A stretch of 41,613 nucleotides of DNA from a virus. Within the stretch, counting starts at the first letter, position 1; the number at the start of each line of letters is the position of its first letter. The stretch covers positions 1 through 41,613 of IMG/VR virus record IMGVR_UViG_3300036846_000521; one strand, given 5' to 3'. Below are positions 30,225 through 38,986 of this stretch, one piece after another. The notes beneath the pieces are model-generated. The model ran no database searches. It saw only the letters and a list, made by a program, of their open reading frames with translations, and was not told the DNA's origin. The translations under genes were made by a program, and so were the position numbers.

Positions 30225-33200
30225 TCATTGCTCCCGCCACGACAGAATCGAGACGGGTTGATCGTGATTCGGCGCGGCCGTGTTTTGCGTGCCGGCGAAG
30301 AAGCCAATTTGATCGGGGCCGCCGGTGACGTACGTGGCGCGCGCCTCGGCGTAGATCGTCAGCCAGTTCTGGCCGTCCTCGCTGATGGAGAACGTCAGGG
30401 TTGTGCCGTCGTCCGCGATGCGATACCAGCGCACGATCGCGCCGATCGGTTGGGCATACGAGAAATCGGCGAAGGCCGCCGTCGCGCTCGTCGTGCCCCA
30501 GACCATGATGGCCGGGCCGGGCACCGTCGCGCTCGCGACGAATTCGGCGATGCCGAAGGTCCGGATGCGGCCGCTCGAGCTATTCCGGAGCAGCAGGCCC
30601 CAACCGTGATTGTTCTTGATCATCGGCGGCGCGAGCACGAGCGCCGTCACGGTGTACGGCGTCGCCGGCGCCGCCTTGAGCCGGCCGGTGAGATTGCTCA
30701 CGTTGCCGACGCCGGCGCCGAGCAGGAGCAGCGCGTCCTTCGTCTCGGTGATCGTGCTCCCGTTCTGATTCAACCACGACCAGGCGGCGCCGGTCGGCGG
30801 CGCCGTGAGCGGAAATGACGGGCCCCACGGCATCCAGGATGCGCCGCTGTCGCGCGCGATCGAGAGGCCATCGGTGGGCAGGTACAAGCGCCCGGCCGTG
30901 CCGGCGGCCGGTCGCGCGGCGAACGTATCGCTCAGCGTCGCGGCGCCCGCCGGCGGCGCCGTTTGCGGCGACGCGAGGAATGCCTGGAAGTAGGTATCCA
31001 GGCCCGCGACCGTGCCGGTGATGTTGACCGATCCCGAACCGGCGGTGAAGTCGACTTGCACGCTCGCGACGATCTGCGCGCCGGCTGCGAGATCGACCAG
31101 GCCGCCGAGATCGTGGCGCTCGCCTCCGGTGAGATTCGCGCCGGCGAGGTCTTGCTGCAGGAGCGGCACGTTGTCGCTGAACCGGAAGATCTTCAGGTGC
31201 ACGACGCCGGCGATCGCCGCGGCGAAGGTGACTTGCACGCGCGCGAAATACCGGCCGGCGACCGGCGCGGTCAGCCGGCGCGGCGCCGCGAGGTTGAACA
31301 TCCCGGCCGTGTCGTACAGGACCGTGTCATACGGCAGGTTCGCCACGGTCGCGTGCGCGAGGGCCTGCGTCGCCGTGAGCAGGACCTGCGCCGCCGTCGC
31401 CGGCAGGATGGCCGGTCCTGGCGGCCCTGGCGGGCCCCAGGCGCCGTCGTCGCCGTCCAGGCCCGGCACGTAGGGGGCCGGCGCCCCGGCCGCGCCTGGC
31501 GGCCCAGACGGCCCTGGCGGGCCCGCCGGGCCGGGCAGGCCGTCGGCGCCGTCCTCACCGTCCCGCGGGATCGGGCCGGCGCCGGTCGCGCCGCCGCCGC
31601 CGGCGCTCGCGTCGACATAGCCCTTCGTCGCCGCGTCGGTGCTCGAGCTCGGCGGCGCCAGGTCCGTGAGGCCGTGGCCGCCCATCGATTGATCGGCCGT
31701 CCACGGCTGCGAGCCGTCGGTCTTGACGACCGGGACCGGGTCCGTCGCCGCGGCCGTGATGCGGCCGGCGGCATCGACGGTAAACGTCGTCAGCTGCGCG
31801 CCGCTCCCGTAGCTGCCGGGACTGACCGGCGTCGGCGCCAGTTTGTCGGAATCGATGCAGCCGGCGAGCTTGCCCGCGGGAATCGACTTGTCGGCAATCG
31901 TCGTCGTGCCGCCGGGATCGGACGTGACGGCGCCGTCGAGCCGCGGTTGCTTGGCTTGGCTCGCCGCGACGTCGACGGCCTGTTGGAGGATGCTCGCGAC
32001 CGGATCGGCGCGCCGGATCGCCGGCGCGAACGGCGGCACGGCCGTCACCAGGAAGCGCGGCCGCTCGCCGATCGCCAGGAGCTCGAGTTGATCGATCTCG
32101 ACGTTGGTGATCACCCACGAGCCGGAAATCGCCGGCGCCGTCATCGCGATCGCGACGGTCTTGCCGACGAAGGTCTTGAGGTCCCGCGTCGCATACTTCA
32201 CCGTCGGCACCGGCTTGGCGTGTTGCTGCAGCGCGATCCGGGCCCGTTGCGCGCACTCGTCGATCGTGGTGAGCGTGTTGTCGTTGATCGGCAACGGACA
32301 CCGGCCGTACTTGCCCATCGAGACGCCGTCCTCGACGGTGACGAGCAGACCAGCGGCGCCGCGGACGGTGACGATGTTGCCGAGTTGCGTGAAGTCGTTC
32401 TCGATCGTGACGGCCTGGCCTGACTCCGGCCACAGCAGATCGGGGTTGCTCGGCGTGACGTCGGCCGGCGGGTCATAGCCGGAATCGATCGCGAACACGC
32501 GCAGAGTCGTGCCGGTCATGTAGAGTTTCGCGCCGGCCTTGTCGCAGACGTCGAGGAGCACCGTCCACAGATCGCGCGAGCCGTCGAGTTGAATCGTGAC
32601 CGTCGGCAGCGCACTTTCGACCACGACGGCAAACCCCGGCGCCCACCTGGTCATCAGCGCGTGGATCACCGTCGTCGCCGACGTCGCCGTCCAGGTGCCG
32701 GTCGGAAATGCCTTGCTCACCAGGTGCGCGTAGTCGAGGCAATCGCAATCGTACGCCGGGGTATGCGCGCCGCCCTCGACGCGCTCGGCGACCTTCGTGA
32801 TCACGCCGGCGAAGAGCACTTCGCCGAAACACGACCAGGTCACCGGCTGATAGCCATCCGGCTCGATCGGGGTCGAGAACGTGCAGCTGCTCGGTTGGCC
32901 GAGGGTCTGGGAAATCCGCGCCGGCGCATTCTCGGTGCGCGCCAGCCGCGAGGCGCCGCCCGATGGGGTTCGGAAGACGACATCGATCGGCGGCGCCGTG
33001 TCGGCGTAGAGGAATCCTTCGGCGAGCGTGACGGCGTCGCCGTCGCTGTTCGTGACGACGACGTCGACGGACGCGGCGACGTGCGCCGGCGCGGTCACTT
33101 GCACGGAGGCGTCGGTGAAGACGCCGACCGTCGCCGCGCTGCCGGCGATGGTCACCGTCGGCGCGATCGTGGGATCCGCCAGGCCGGTGAAGCCGCGGCC

Positions 33201-33299
33201 GCTGATCTGCACCACGGTGCCGCCCACCGTCGGCCCGGCGTTCGGCATCAGGCCCGTCACGACGACGGCGCGCGGTTCAAACGTGAAGGTAGCCGGCAT
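30225..33299 (-). CDS. Tail tip / host-specificity fibre protein (mosaic, 1,024 aa)
   Basis: IPT/TIG domain (aa 1-95), tail-hub-like region (~110-440), fibre motif DAATKGYVD, collagen-like Gly-X-Y stretch (aa ~575-629, nt 31413-31577), C1q-like jelly-roll (~640-770) and a ConA/LamG-like C-terminus (~785-1024). Confidence 0.85.
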   Translation of the reverse strand: MPATFTFEPRAVVVTGLMPNAGPTVGGTVVQISGRGFTGLADPTIAPTVTIAGSAATVGVFTDASVQVTAPAHVAASVDVVVTNSDGDAVTLAEGFLYADTAPPIDVVFRTPSGGASRLARTENAPARISQTLGQPSSCTFSTPIEPDGYQPVTWSCFGEVLFAGVITKVAERVEGGAHTPAYDCDCLDYAHLVSKAFPTGTWTATSATTVIHALMTRWAPGFAVVVESALPTVTIQLDGSRDLWTVLLDVCDKAGAKLYMTGTTLRVFAIDSGYDPPADVTPSNPDLLWPESGQAVTIENDFTQLGNIVTVRGAAGLLVTVEDGVSMGKYGRCPLPINDNTLTTIDECAQRARIALQQHAKPVPTVKYATRDLKTFVGKTVAIAMTAPAISGSWVITNVEIDQLELLAIGERPRFLVTAVPPFAPAIRRADPVASILQQAVDVAASQAKQPRLDGAVTSDPGGTTTIADKSIPAGKLAGCIDSDKLAPTPVSPGSYGSGAQLTTFTVDAAGRITAAATDPVPVVKTDGSQPWTADQSMGGHGLTDLAPPSSSTDAATKGYVDASAGGGGATGAGPIPRDGEDGADGLPGPAGPPGPSGPPGAAGAPAPYVPGLDGDDGAWGPPGPPGPAILPATAAQVLLTATQALAHATVANLPYDTVLYDTAGMFNLAAPRRLTAPVAGRYFARVQVTFAAAIAGVVHLKIFRFSDNVPLLQQDLAGANLTGGERHDLGGLVDLAAGAQIVASVQVDFTAGSGSVNITGTVAGLDTYFQAFLASPQTAPPAGAATLSDTFAARPAAGTAGRLYLPTDGLSIARDSGASWMPWGPSFPLTAPPTGAAWSWLNQNGSTITETKDALLLLGAGVGNVSNLTGRLKAAPATPYTVTALVLAPPMIKNNHGWGLLLRNSSSGRIRTFGIAEFVASATVPGPAIMVWGTTSATAAFADFSYAQPIGAIVRWYRIADDGTTLTFSISEDGQNWLTIYAEARATYVTGGPDQIGFFAGTQNTAAPNHDQPVSILSWREQ

Positions 33300-33305
33300 C
33301 GCGGG

Positions 33306-34325
33306 TTAGCTCGAGCTCACGCCGTCGACGTTGGTGACGACGATGTTGACGTCGCCAGCGGCGTGCCCTGGCGTGATGAAGGTAATCGTCTGCTCGTCGA
33401 CGATGGTCGTGTCCGCGGAGGCGATCGCCGTGCCGTCGAGCGTGACCGTGGCTTCCGTGCCGAAGCCGGATCCGCGAATCGTGACGGTCGTGCCGCCGGC
33501 GGCCGGGCCGTGATTCGGCTCGAGCGCTGTGATCACCGGCGTCGGATGCGCCGTGTGATCGCTCGGATCGAGTTTCTGCCACTGGTAGCCGGTCGCAGCG
33601 CTCGGATCGTCTGGGGTATTGATCAGCGGCGCTTTCGGGTTCGGGTTCCCGCAGCTGTCGACGGCCGGCAGCGTCCACCACCACGCGACGCGCGTCGCGA
33701 CGACGTTGAAGCGCAGATCGTACGTGGCGGTGAACCCCGAGCCGCCGTCGCCCGTCCAGAGTTGCGCCGTCGCACTCACCGGCACGGTCGGCAGCGCGCC
33801 GTAGAGCAGCACGCCCAGATCGGACGTGAGGCTCGGATTCGCGGCCGGTCCTGCCGTGCCGTACGGCGTGGTGAGTTCCGTGTCCGTACTGCTCGCCTGC
33901 AGCGCGCCGAGGAACGTCACGTGGTAGTAGTCGGGCAATCCGAAGATCCCGAGCGCCGTCAGGACCTCGTCGGCCGTCTGCACGGTCAATGGATCGGCCG
34001 GGAGCGCGACCGTTTCGAGCGTGTTGTGCGGGTACGACGAAGGATCCCAATTGAACGAGAGCAGGGCCTTGCCGGCAAACGGAAAACTTTCCAGCGTGAC
34101 CGTCCACGGCGCCAGCGACGAGGTATAGCTGCTGTCGATGTGCGACGTGTAGTCGCACAAGCTCAGGTTCCAGAAGTTCGGATCAGTCGGGATATAGAAC
34201 GTGCCGGTGGTCGGCCACAGTCCGGTGTTCCGCGACGCACCGATCTTCGTGCTCGAGCCGCCGCAGCCGTACGAGAACGACCAGGTCTGAGTTGGTTGCG
34301 CCGGCGGATACGGGGGCATCGGCAT
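33306..34325 (-). CDS. Minor tail protein (distal-tail position) with C-terminal IPT/TIG domain
   Basis: 339 aa directly after the tape measure. The C-terminus reads PVITALEPNHGPAAGGTTVTIRGSGFGTEATVTLDG...VNIVVTNVDGVSSS. Confidence 0.7.
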   Translation of the reverse strand: MPMPPYPPAQPTQTWSFSYGCGGSSTKIGASRNTGLWPTTGTFYIPTDPNFWNLSLCDYTSHIDSSYTSSLAPWTVTLESFPFAGKALLSFNWDPSSYPHNTLETVALPADPLTVQTADEVLTALGIFGLPDYYHVTFLGALQASSTDTELTTPYGTAGPAANPSLTSDLGVLLYGALPTVPVSATAQLWTGDGGSGFTATYDLRFNVVATRVAWWWTLPAVDSCGNPNPKAPLINTPDDPSAATGYQWQKLDPSDHTAHPTPVITALEPNHGPAAGGTTVTIRGSGFGTEATVTLDGTAIASADTTIVDEQTITFITPGHAAGDVNIVVTNVDGVSSS

Positions 34326-34341
34326 CGGTGTTGGCCTCGTA

Positions 34342-36732
34342 TCAGCCGAGGAGCACGCGGCCGTTCGTGACCGTGCTGGCGATCGCCTTGCTCACCGTCG
34401 TTTCGAGTGCGTGCGCCGAGCTCGGGTCGAAGACGCCCGAGACGAGGACCTGCGTATGGAGCGTGATGCCGCCGGCGGCGCCGGTCGCGGGCCCGGCCGC
34501 GCGCGCCGCCGCGCTGAGCATGGCCGCGGCGCCCGACGCCGACACCGGCGGCGCCGTGAGCACGATCGGCGCCGCGGCGGCCGTCGTCGTCGGGGTCGTG
34601 CCTGCGCCGCCGCCGAAGCCGGCGACGGCCGGCCCGCGTGCGGACGCACTCCATTGCGAGAGATCAATGGTCGCGCCGCGTTTTTGCGCGCGCAGGATGT
34701 CGACGGCGTTCTGCAGGGAGAAGCCTTGCTGCAGCAGGCCGCGAATCTGATCCTTCGACAGATCCGGCGGCGGGGTATACGTGTCGAAGTTCGCCGCGGT
34801 GATCTCGCTCGACGCCGAGACGCCCTTCAGTTTTTCCTGCGCCGTGATCTGATCATCGATGGCCTTCGTGGTTTGCTCCGTCGCGGCCTGCGCTTTCCCC
34901 TGACTGGCGGCTTCCGCCTGGCCGGCGGCCGTCGCGGCCCAGGCGGCCTGGTGGTACTTGTCGACGAGCTTGTCGTACTCGGCGCGGCTGATCTCGGAGT
35001 TCGAGCGCGCCGCGAGCATCGTGTTATAGGCGAGGTCGCGCGCATCGTTGAGCGCGGCCTGCGAATGCGTCCGGATCTCCTGCCAGTCGGTGCCGACCTT
35101 GTCGGCCAACTCCGCGTAGTGACCCTCAATCGCTCGGGTCGTCGCGGCATCATCGGCCTCGAGTTGCGCGAGCGCTTCCTGTGAGTCGGCGTGCTGCTGA
35201 ATCAGCGCGTCCTTCGCGGCTTTCGTCCGCGCGTGCAGCGCGTCGAGCTCGGCTTGCTTGCGGTCCTCGAGATCGGCTTTCGCGATGTCGGTATCCGTGC
35301 CGGTGCGTTGGATCTCGTCGCGTTTGGCGTCGCGCGTGAGCTTGTCGACTTCCGCCTTGTTGGCCGCCGTCGACGCCGTCAGTTGCTTCGTCGCCGCGTC
35401 GGCCGCGCGCACTTCCTCGGTGTAGCGTTTGAATTGATCGGCGGTGATCTTCACGGCGGCGGCATTCTGCTCGTTGAGTTGCCCCATCGCGCGGAGCTCC
35501 TCGAGCGCGCGGACCTGGTAGGGTTCGAGGGCCTTCACGCCGTCGATGCGCAATTTGGCCAGATAGTTTTCGGCGACCTGTTCGTTGGAGAGCTCGTCGC
35601 CGTAGGTTTTCGTCTCGGTGGTCAGATCCGCCTGGTGCTTGGCGGCCGCCTCGAGCTCGAGGTTCATGACGTGCATGCGATCGGCGAGTGGCAGACTGAG
35701 CAGCGTCGCGCCGGCATCCTTCATCCCGGCGGTGAACAGTTTCCACCACGAGACGCCTTGTTCCGTCGCCTTGCGCACGCTCTCGAGCGCCAGGACGATG
35801 CCGCCCTCGAATTGCGTTTTGACGCTGTCCCACGTTTTGCCGGCGCGATCGACGGCATCGGCGTAGTCCTTGAGGGCCCGCACTTCGTCCTCGGTCGGTT
35901 GCTTCAACCGAGACGCGGCATCGATCGCTTTCTCGGCGTCCTCGGCAAACCCGCCGAGCGCCGAGCCCATTTTCTTGCCCCAGATTTCGGCGGCCGCCGT
36001 ATCGCGCATTTCGCCGTGCAGTTTGCCGAGCGCACTCTCGATATCGAGGAACAGTTCCTTGCCGTGTTTGCCGCGGACGTCCTCGAGCGAGAGCCCGACT
36101 TCGTGCAGGCCGCGCGCGACCGACTCGTCGCCGCCGGCGATGCCGCTCGAGACGCGGAAGAGCGCTTTGGCGAGCTCGTCGTTCTCGAGGCCATAATCCT
36201 GCGTCGCCGCGGTCAGGGTCTGTAGATCGCCGATGCTGATCTGCGTATCGTTCGACAGGCGCACGAGCGCTTGTTCGGCCTTGCCGAGGTTCTCGGCGAA
36301 GTCGAGCGCGGCGATGCCGATGCCGATGAGGCCGCCGCCGATCGCCATGTCCGCGATCTTGTCGGTGACGCCGGCGAACGTGAAGAGCTCGGCGTTGACC
36401 GGCTTGAGCTCGTTGGCGATTTTTTGCAGGTTGGCCGGGACCTCGACGCCCATCGCGCGGAGCTTCGCCGCGGCCTCGGTCGCTTTCGCGGCGACCTTCT
36501 GCAGTTCCTCCTCGGTGAGTTTCGAGGCGCCGCCGATCCGCTCGATCGCTTCGGCCGCGACGGTCGCTTGTTGAATTAGCTGGCGCCCGCTGAATTGATC
36601 GACCATCCGATTCAGCGAGGAACCGACCTTGTCGGCCCCCGACTGAAAGTCGGTGAGCTTCGCGTCGGCCTTGTCGACGGCCGCGTAGAACGAGAGGAAG
36701 TCGGCCTCGAATCGTCCAGTGATCGGTGCCAT
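34342..36732 (-). CDS. Tape measure protein
   Basis: 796 aa, long helical Ala/Lys/Glu/Gln-rich sequence. It lies immediately downstream of the G/GT chaperone pair. Confidence 0.9.
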   Translation of the reverse strand: MAPITGRFEADFLSFYAAVDKADAKLTDFQSGADKVGSSLNRMVDQFSGRQLIQQATVAAEAIERIGGASKLTEEELQKVAAKATEAAAKLRAMGVEVPANLQKIANELKPVNAELFTFAGVTDKIADMAIGGGLIGIGIAALDFAENLGKAEQALVRLSNDTQISIGDLQTLTAATQDYGLENDELAKALFRVSSGIAGGDESVARGLHEVGLSLEDVRGKHGKELFLDIESALGKLHGEMRDTAAAEIWGKKMGSALGGFAEDAEKAIDAASRLKQPTEDEVRALKDYADAVDRAGKTWDSVKTQFEGGIVLALESVRKATEQGVSWWKLFTAGMKDAGATLLSLPLADRMHVMNLELEAAAKHQADLTTETKTYGDELSNEQVAENYLAKLRIDGVKALEPYQVRALEELRAMGQLNEQNAAAVKITADQFKRYTEEVRAADAATKQLTASTAANKAEVDKLTRDAKRDEIQRTGTDTDIAKADLEDRKQAELDALHARTKAAKDALIQQHADSQEALAQLEADDAATTRAIEGHYAELADKVGTDWQEIRTHSQAALNDARDLAYNTMLAARSNSEISRAEYDKLVDKYHQAAWAATAAGQAEAASQGKAQAATEQTTKAIDDQITAQEKLKGVSASSEITAANFDTYTPPPDLSKDQIRGLLQQGFSLQNAVDILRAQKRGATIDLSQWSASARGPAVAGFGGGAGTTPTTTAAAAPIVLTAPPVSASGAAAMLSAAARAAGPATGAAGGITLHTQVLVSGVFDPSSAHALETTVSKAIASTVTNGRVLLG

Positions 36733-36746
36733 TGCGCTGCTCTCTT

Positions 36747-37285
36747 TTACGTGATCAACCAGTCATCGTCGTCGGCGCTCGGCGGCCGCGGCGCCGGCGG
36801 TCCCGCGGCTTCCGCGAGGATCTTCACGCAGATGTCGAAGACGTCGGCGTCGAGCTCGTCGACGTCGGCGTAGGCGAACCCCCATCGTTCACAGATGGCG
36901 AGCCGGATCCGGACGTCCCGTTCCCAGGCCGGGTTTTTTTTTCTTCCGCGGCCGCCGCGATCATCGCGTCATCGTGCTGGTCGATGATGCGCTCGATCTC
37001 TTTCGCGTCCATCGGTTCGAGGACGTCGAGCGTGGCGCGGATCTCGTCGCGCGACTTCCCGCGAATCACGAGCGGCGTGTTCGTCGCCTCGTCTTTCACC
37101 GTCCAATCGAGCAGATAGGCGAGGACGATCGCCTGGCCGCTGAGCAGGCCGTCGCCGTGGCCGTCAGGCCCGCGCATCGCCTGGAGCATCGCGCGCCGCT
37201 CGCCGGCGGTGAGGCGTTTGCGCACGATGAGGGTTTCGCCGGTCGAGAGCGGCAACGTGATCGACTCGGGTCGGACGACGCGCAT
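36747..37285 (-). CDS. Tail assembly chaperone, -1 frameshifted long form (gpGT-like)
   Basis: After A_AAA_AAA, the -1 frame reads NPAWERDVRIRLAICERWGFAYADVDELDADVFDICVKILAEAAGPPAPRPPSADDDDWLIT. It stops at TAA 36747-36749, 14 nt before the tape-measure ATG. Confidence 0.7.
36824..37285 (-). CDS. Tail assembly chaperone, short form (gpG-like, 153 aa)
   Basis: Internal Met71 of ORF 36824..37495 with an AAGGGAG RBS. After the A9 run, the zero frame continues only as low-complexity TRPGNGTSGSGSP... Confidence 0.8.
   Translation of the reverse strand: MRVVRPESITLPLSTGETLIVRKRLTAGERRAMLQAMRGPDGHGDGLLSGQAIVLAYLLDWTVKDEATNTPLVIRGKSRDEIRATLDVLEPMDAKEIERIIDQHDDAMIAAAAEEKKTRPGNGTSGSGSPSVNDGGSPTPTSTSSTPTSSTSA
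36934..36942 (-). promoter_or_regulatory. Slippery A9 run (GAA GAA AAA AAA ACC) for -1 programmed frameshift
   Basis: Nine consecutive T on the plus strand. Frame positions were verified against the ORF-track coordinates. Confidence 0.7.
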
Positions 37286-37307
37286 GGGGCAAGCTCCCTT
37301 TCTACTG

Positions 37308-37730
37308 TCAGCCGGAAACGGTGAGACCGTGCGCGCGTAGCATCGCGCGCAGTTCGTCGTACATGCGCGCCCGCCAGCGGATGACGCGCGGGACGAACGT
37401 GTGATGCGCGATGTCAATCCGGCCGCGGTTGGCGCCTTTCTTCGTGGTGCGCACGGCCGTGCCGACCTCATAGACGTTCGCCTCGAGGCCGGCATTGTTG
37501 ATGACCACGGCGCCGGCGAAGCCTTTCCCCGAATTCGGCATGACCACGACCTCGAGCCCGTCCTGCAGCGTGCCGTCCTTCCGCGGATAGGCGCCGCGGA
37601 TGTCGTCCTCGGCGCCGTGCGCGTTGCTGAGCACGATCCGTTCGGCGTCGCCGGTCAGCGCGTCGGGCAGCGCGCGCAGCTGCTGGCGGAGCTCGGCGAG
37701 GCCATCGAAGACCAATCGGTTGTTGCTCAT
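37308..37730 (-). CDS. HK97 gp10-family neck/tail-completion protein
   Basis: 140 aa. FDGLAELRQQLRALPDAL...GAYPRKDGTLQDGL...GAVVINNAGLEANVYEVGT fits the gp10-family pattern. It is unusually placed downstream of the tail tube gene. Confidence 0.65.
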   Translation of the reverse strand: MSNNRLVFDGLAELRQQLRALPDALTGDAERIVLSNAHGAEDDIRGAYPRKDGTLQDGLEVVVMPNSGKGFAGAVVINNAGLEANVYEVGTAVRTTKKGANRGRIDIAHHTFVPRVIRWRARMYDELRAMLRAHGLTVSG

Positions 37731-37737
37731 GGCGGTT

Positions 37738-38055
37738 CTATCCTTCCGGCGGCCCGAGCGCCGCGCGGAGCACGCCGCGCTCGAGCGTGGGTTCGTCGAG
37801 CACCGGGAAACACCAGAGGCCGCCCACGCGGGCGGCCGTGAAGTAGAGCGGGCGTTGCCGAATCTGGAACGAGTCCGCGCGGATGACGCGCGCCGCGAGC
37901 CGGAGGCCCTTCGTCGGCGTGACGAGCTTCACGCCTGGCTGTCGGACCTGCGGCGGCACGACGCGGAGAATCGCCCACGGGCCGAGGCTCGCGATCTCGC
38001 GATAGCCCCACAGAATCGATCCGGCTGCGCCGCGGACGCGCAGCGATTCGATCAC
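37738..38055 (-). CDS. Hypothetical protein (105 aa, GTG start)
   Basis: GTGA overlap with the tail-tube gene stop. No family recognised. Confidence 0.55.
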   Translation of the reverse strand: MIESLRVRGAAGSILWGYREIASLGPWAILRVVPPQVRQPGVKLVTPTKGLRLAARVIRADSFQIRQRPLYFTAARVGGLWCFPVLDEPTLERGVLRAALGPPEG

Positions 38056-38471
38056 GGCAGCAGGTTCAGCGACCAGTTGCCGGCAGCGACGAAGTTCCCG
38101 GTGACCTTCGGCGCGCCCTCGACCATCGTGTCGATGTCGACGTCGAGATACGCGAGCCCTTCGAAGGCGCCGGCGTCGGGGGTCGGGTCCGTCGTGTTGG
38201 GCACGAGCCGCAGCAGGCCCGGCGTCGCCGCGTCGACGGCCTTGAACAGCGTCAGTTCGTCCGAGTCCCAGAAGCCGCCCACGGTGCCCGCGACGTCCTT
38301 CAGGCCGTTGACATAGACCTTGTTGCTATTGCCGAAGCAGGTCACGTTGATCTTGTCGGTCTTTTGCGACATTTTCCACGTGTTCAGCGACGTGACGATC
38401 ACCGGCGTGGCCGGCGACGGCACCGGCGGCTCGTTATAGAGCACCTGCCCGTAGCGTCCTGTCAGAATCAT
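38052..38471 (-). CDS. Major tail (tube) protein
   Basis: 139 aa. ...TWKMSQKTDKINVTCFGNSNKVYVNGLKDVAGTVGGFWDSDE... fits the siphovirus tail-tube pattern. ATGA overlap with the upstream gene. Confidence 0.7.
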   Translation of the reverse strand: MILTGRYGQVLYNEPPVPSPATPVIVTSLNTWKMSQKTDKINVTCFGNSNKVYVNGLKDVAGTVGGFWDSDELTLFKAVDAATPGLLRLVPNTTDPTPDAGAFEGLAYLDVDIDTMVEGAPKVTGNFVAAGNWSLNLLP

Positions 38472-38983
38472 GATCGTGCTCCCTTCGTTGCCCGTTGGGG
38501 TCGGTCCCGCGTGAGTCCCATTGGATCGATGCTCGCCTGCAGCCGATAATAGCCGCCGCGTTGCTGCCAGCGATCGCCGCGCTCAGGGTCCGTCTCGTTG
38601 AGCCGCAGCCGCAGTTCGCGCTCGAGCGCCATCAGCGCGAAGCCGGCGATCGCGAGCGTGCCGTCCTCGAGGAGCTCGTCGATCCGCGCCGCGGCCGCGC
38701 GCGCCGGTCCCGGCATGCGCACGACGGCCTTGACTAAGTAGAGCGTGTCCTCCCAGGCGCGCCGGCCGAACACGGCGACGTCGTCGTGCATCGCCAGCGA
38801 GACGATGCCGTACGCGGTCACGTCGGGCGGCGCGAGGTCGAACCAAATCCCGCCGGGCAGCAGCGCCGTCAGCACCGAGTCCTGTCGGAGCTTCGCGAGC
38901 AGCGCGGCATCGATGCGCGCGCTGTCGGGCCAGGTCGGGCGCGGCGCCCGGCGTTCGACGAGCGATCGGAGATCGAGCAGCAT
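38468..38983 (-). CDS. Neck/tail-terminator-like protein, paralogue 2 (DUF3168-like pattern)
   Basis: 171 aa. By hand alignment it is roughly 40-45 percent identical over ~130 aa to 40980..41429. Shared stretches include APP..T.Y, FGRRA.EDT.Y.V.AV, RIDELLED and RGG.Y. Confidence 0.55.
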   Translation of the reverse strand: MLLDLRSLVERRAPRPTWPDSARIDAALLAKLRQDSVLTALLPGGIWFDLAPPDVTAYGIVSLAMHDDVAVFGRRAWEDTLYLVKAVVRMPGPARAAAARIDELLEDGTLAIAGFALMALERELRLRLNETDPERGDRWQQRGGYYRLQASIDPMGLTRDRPQRATKGARS

Positions 38984-38986
38984 CGG

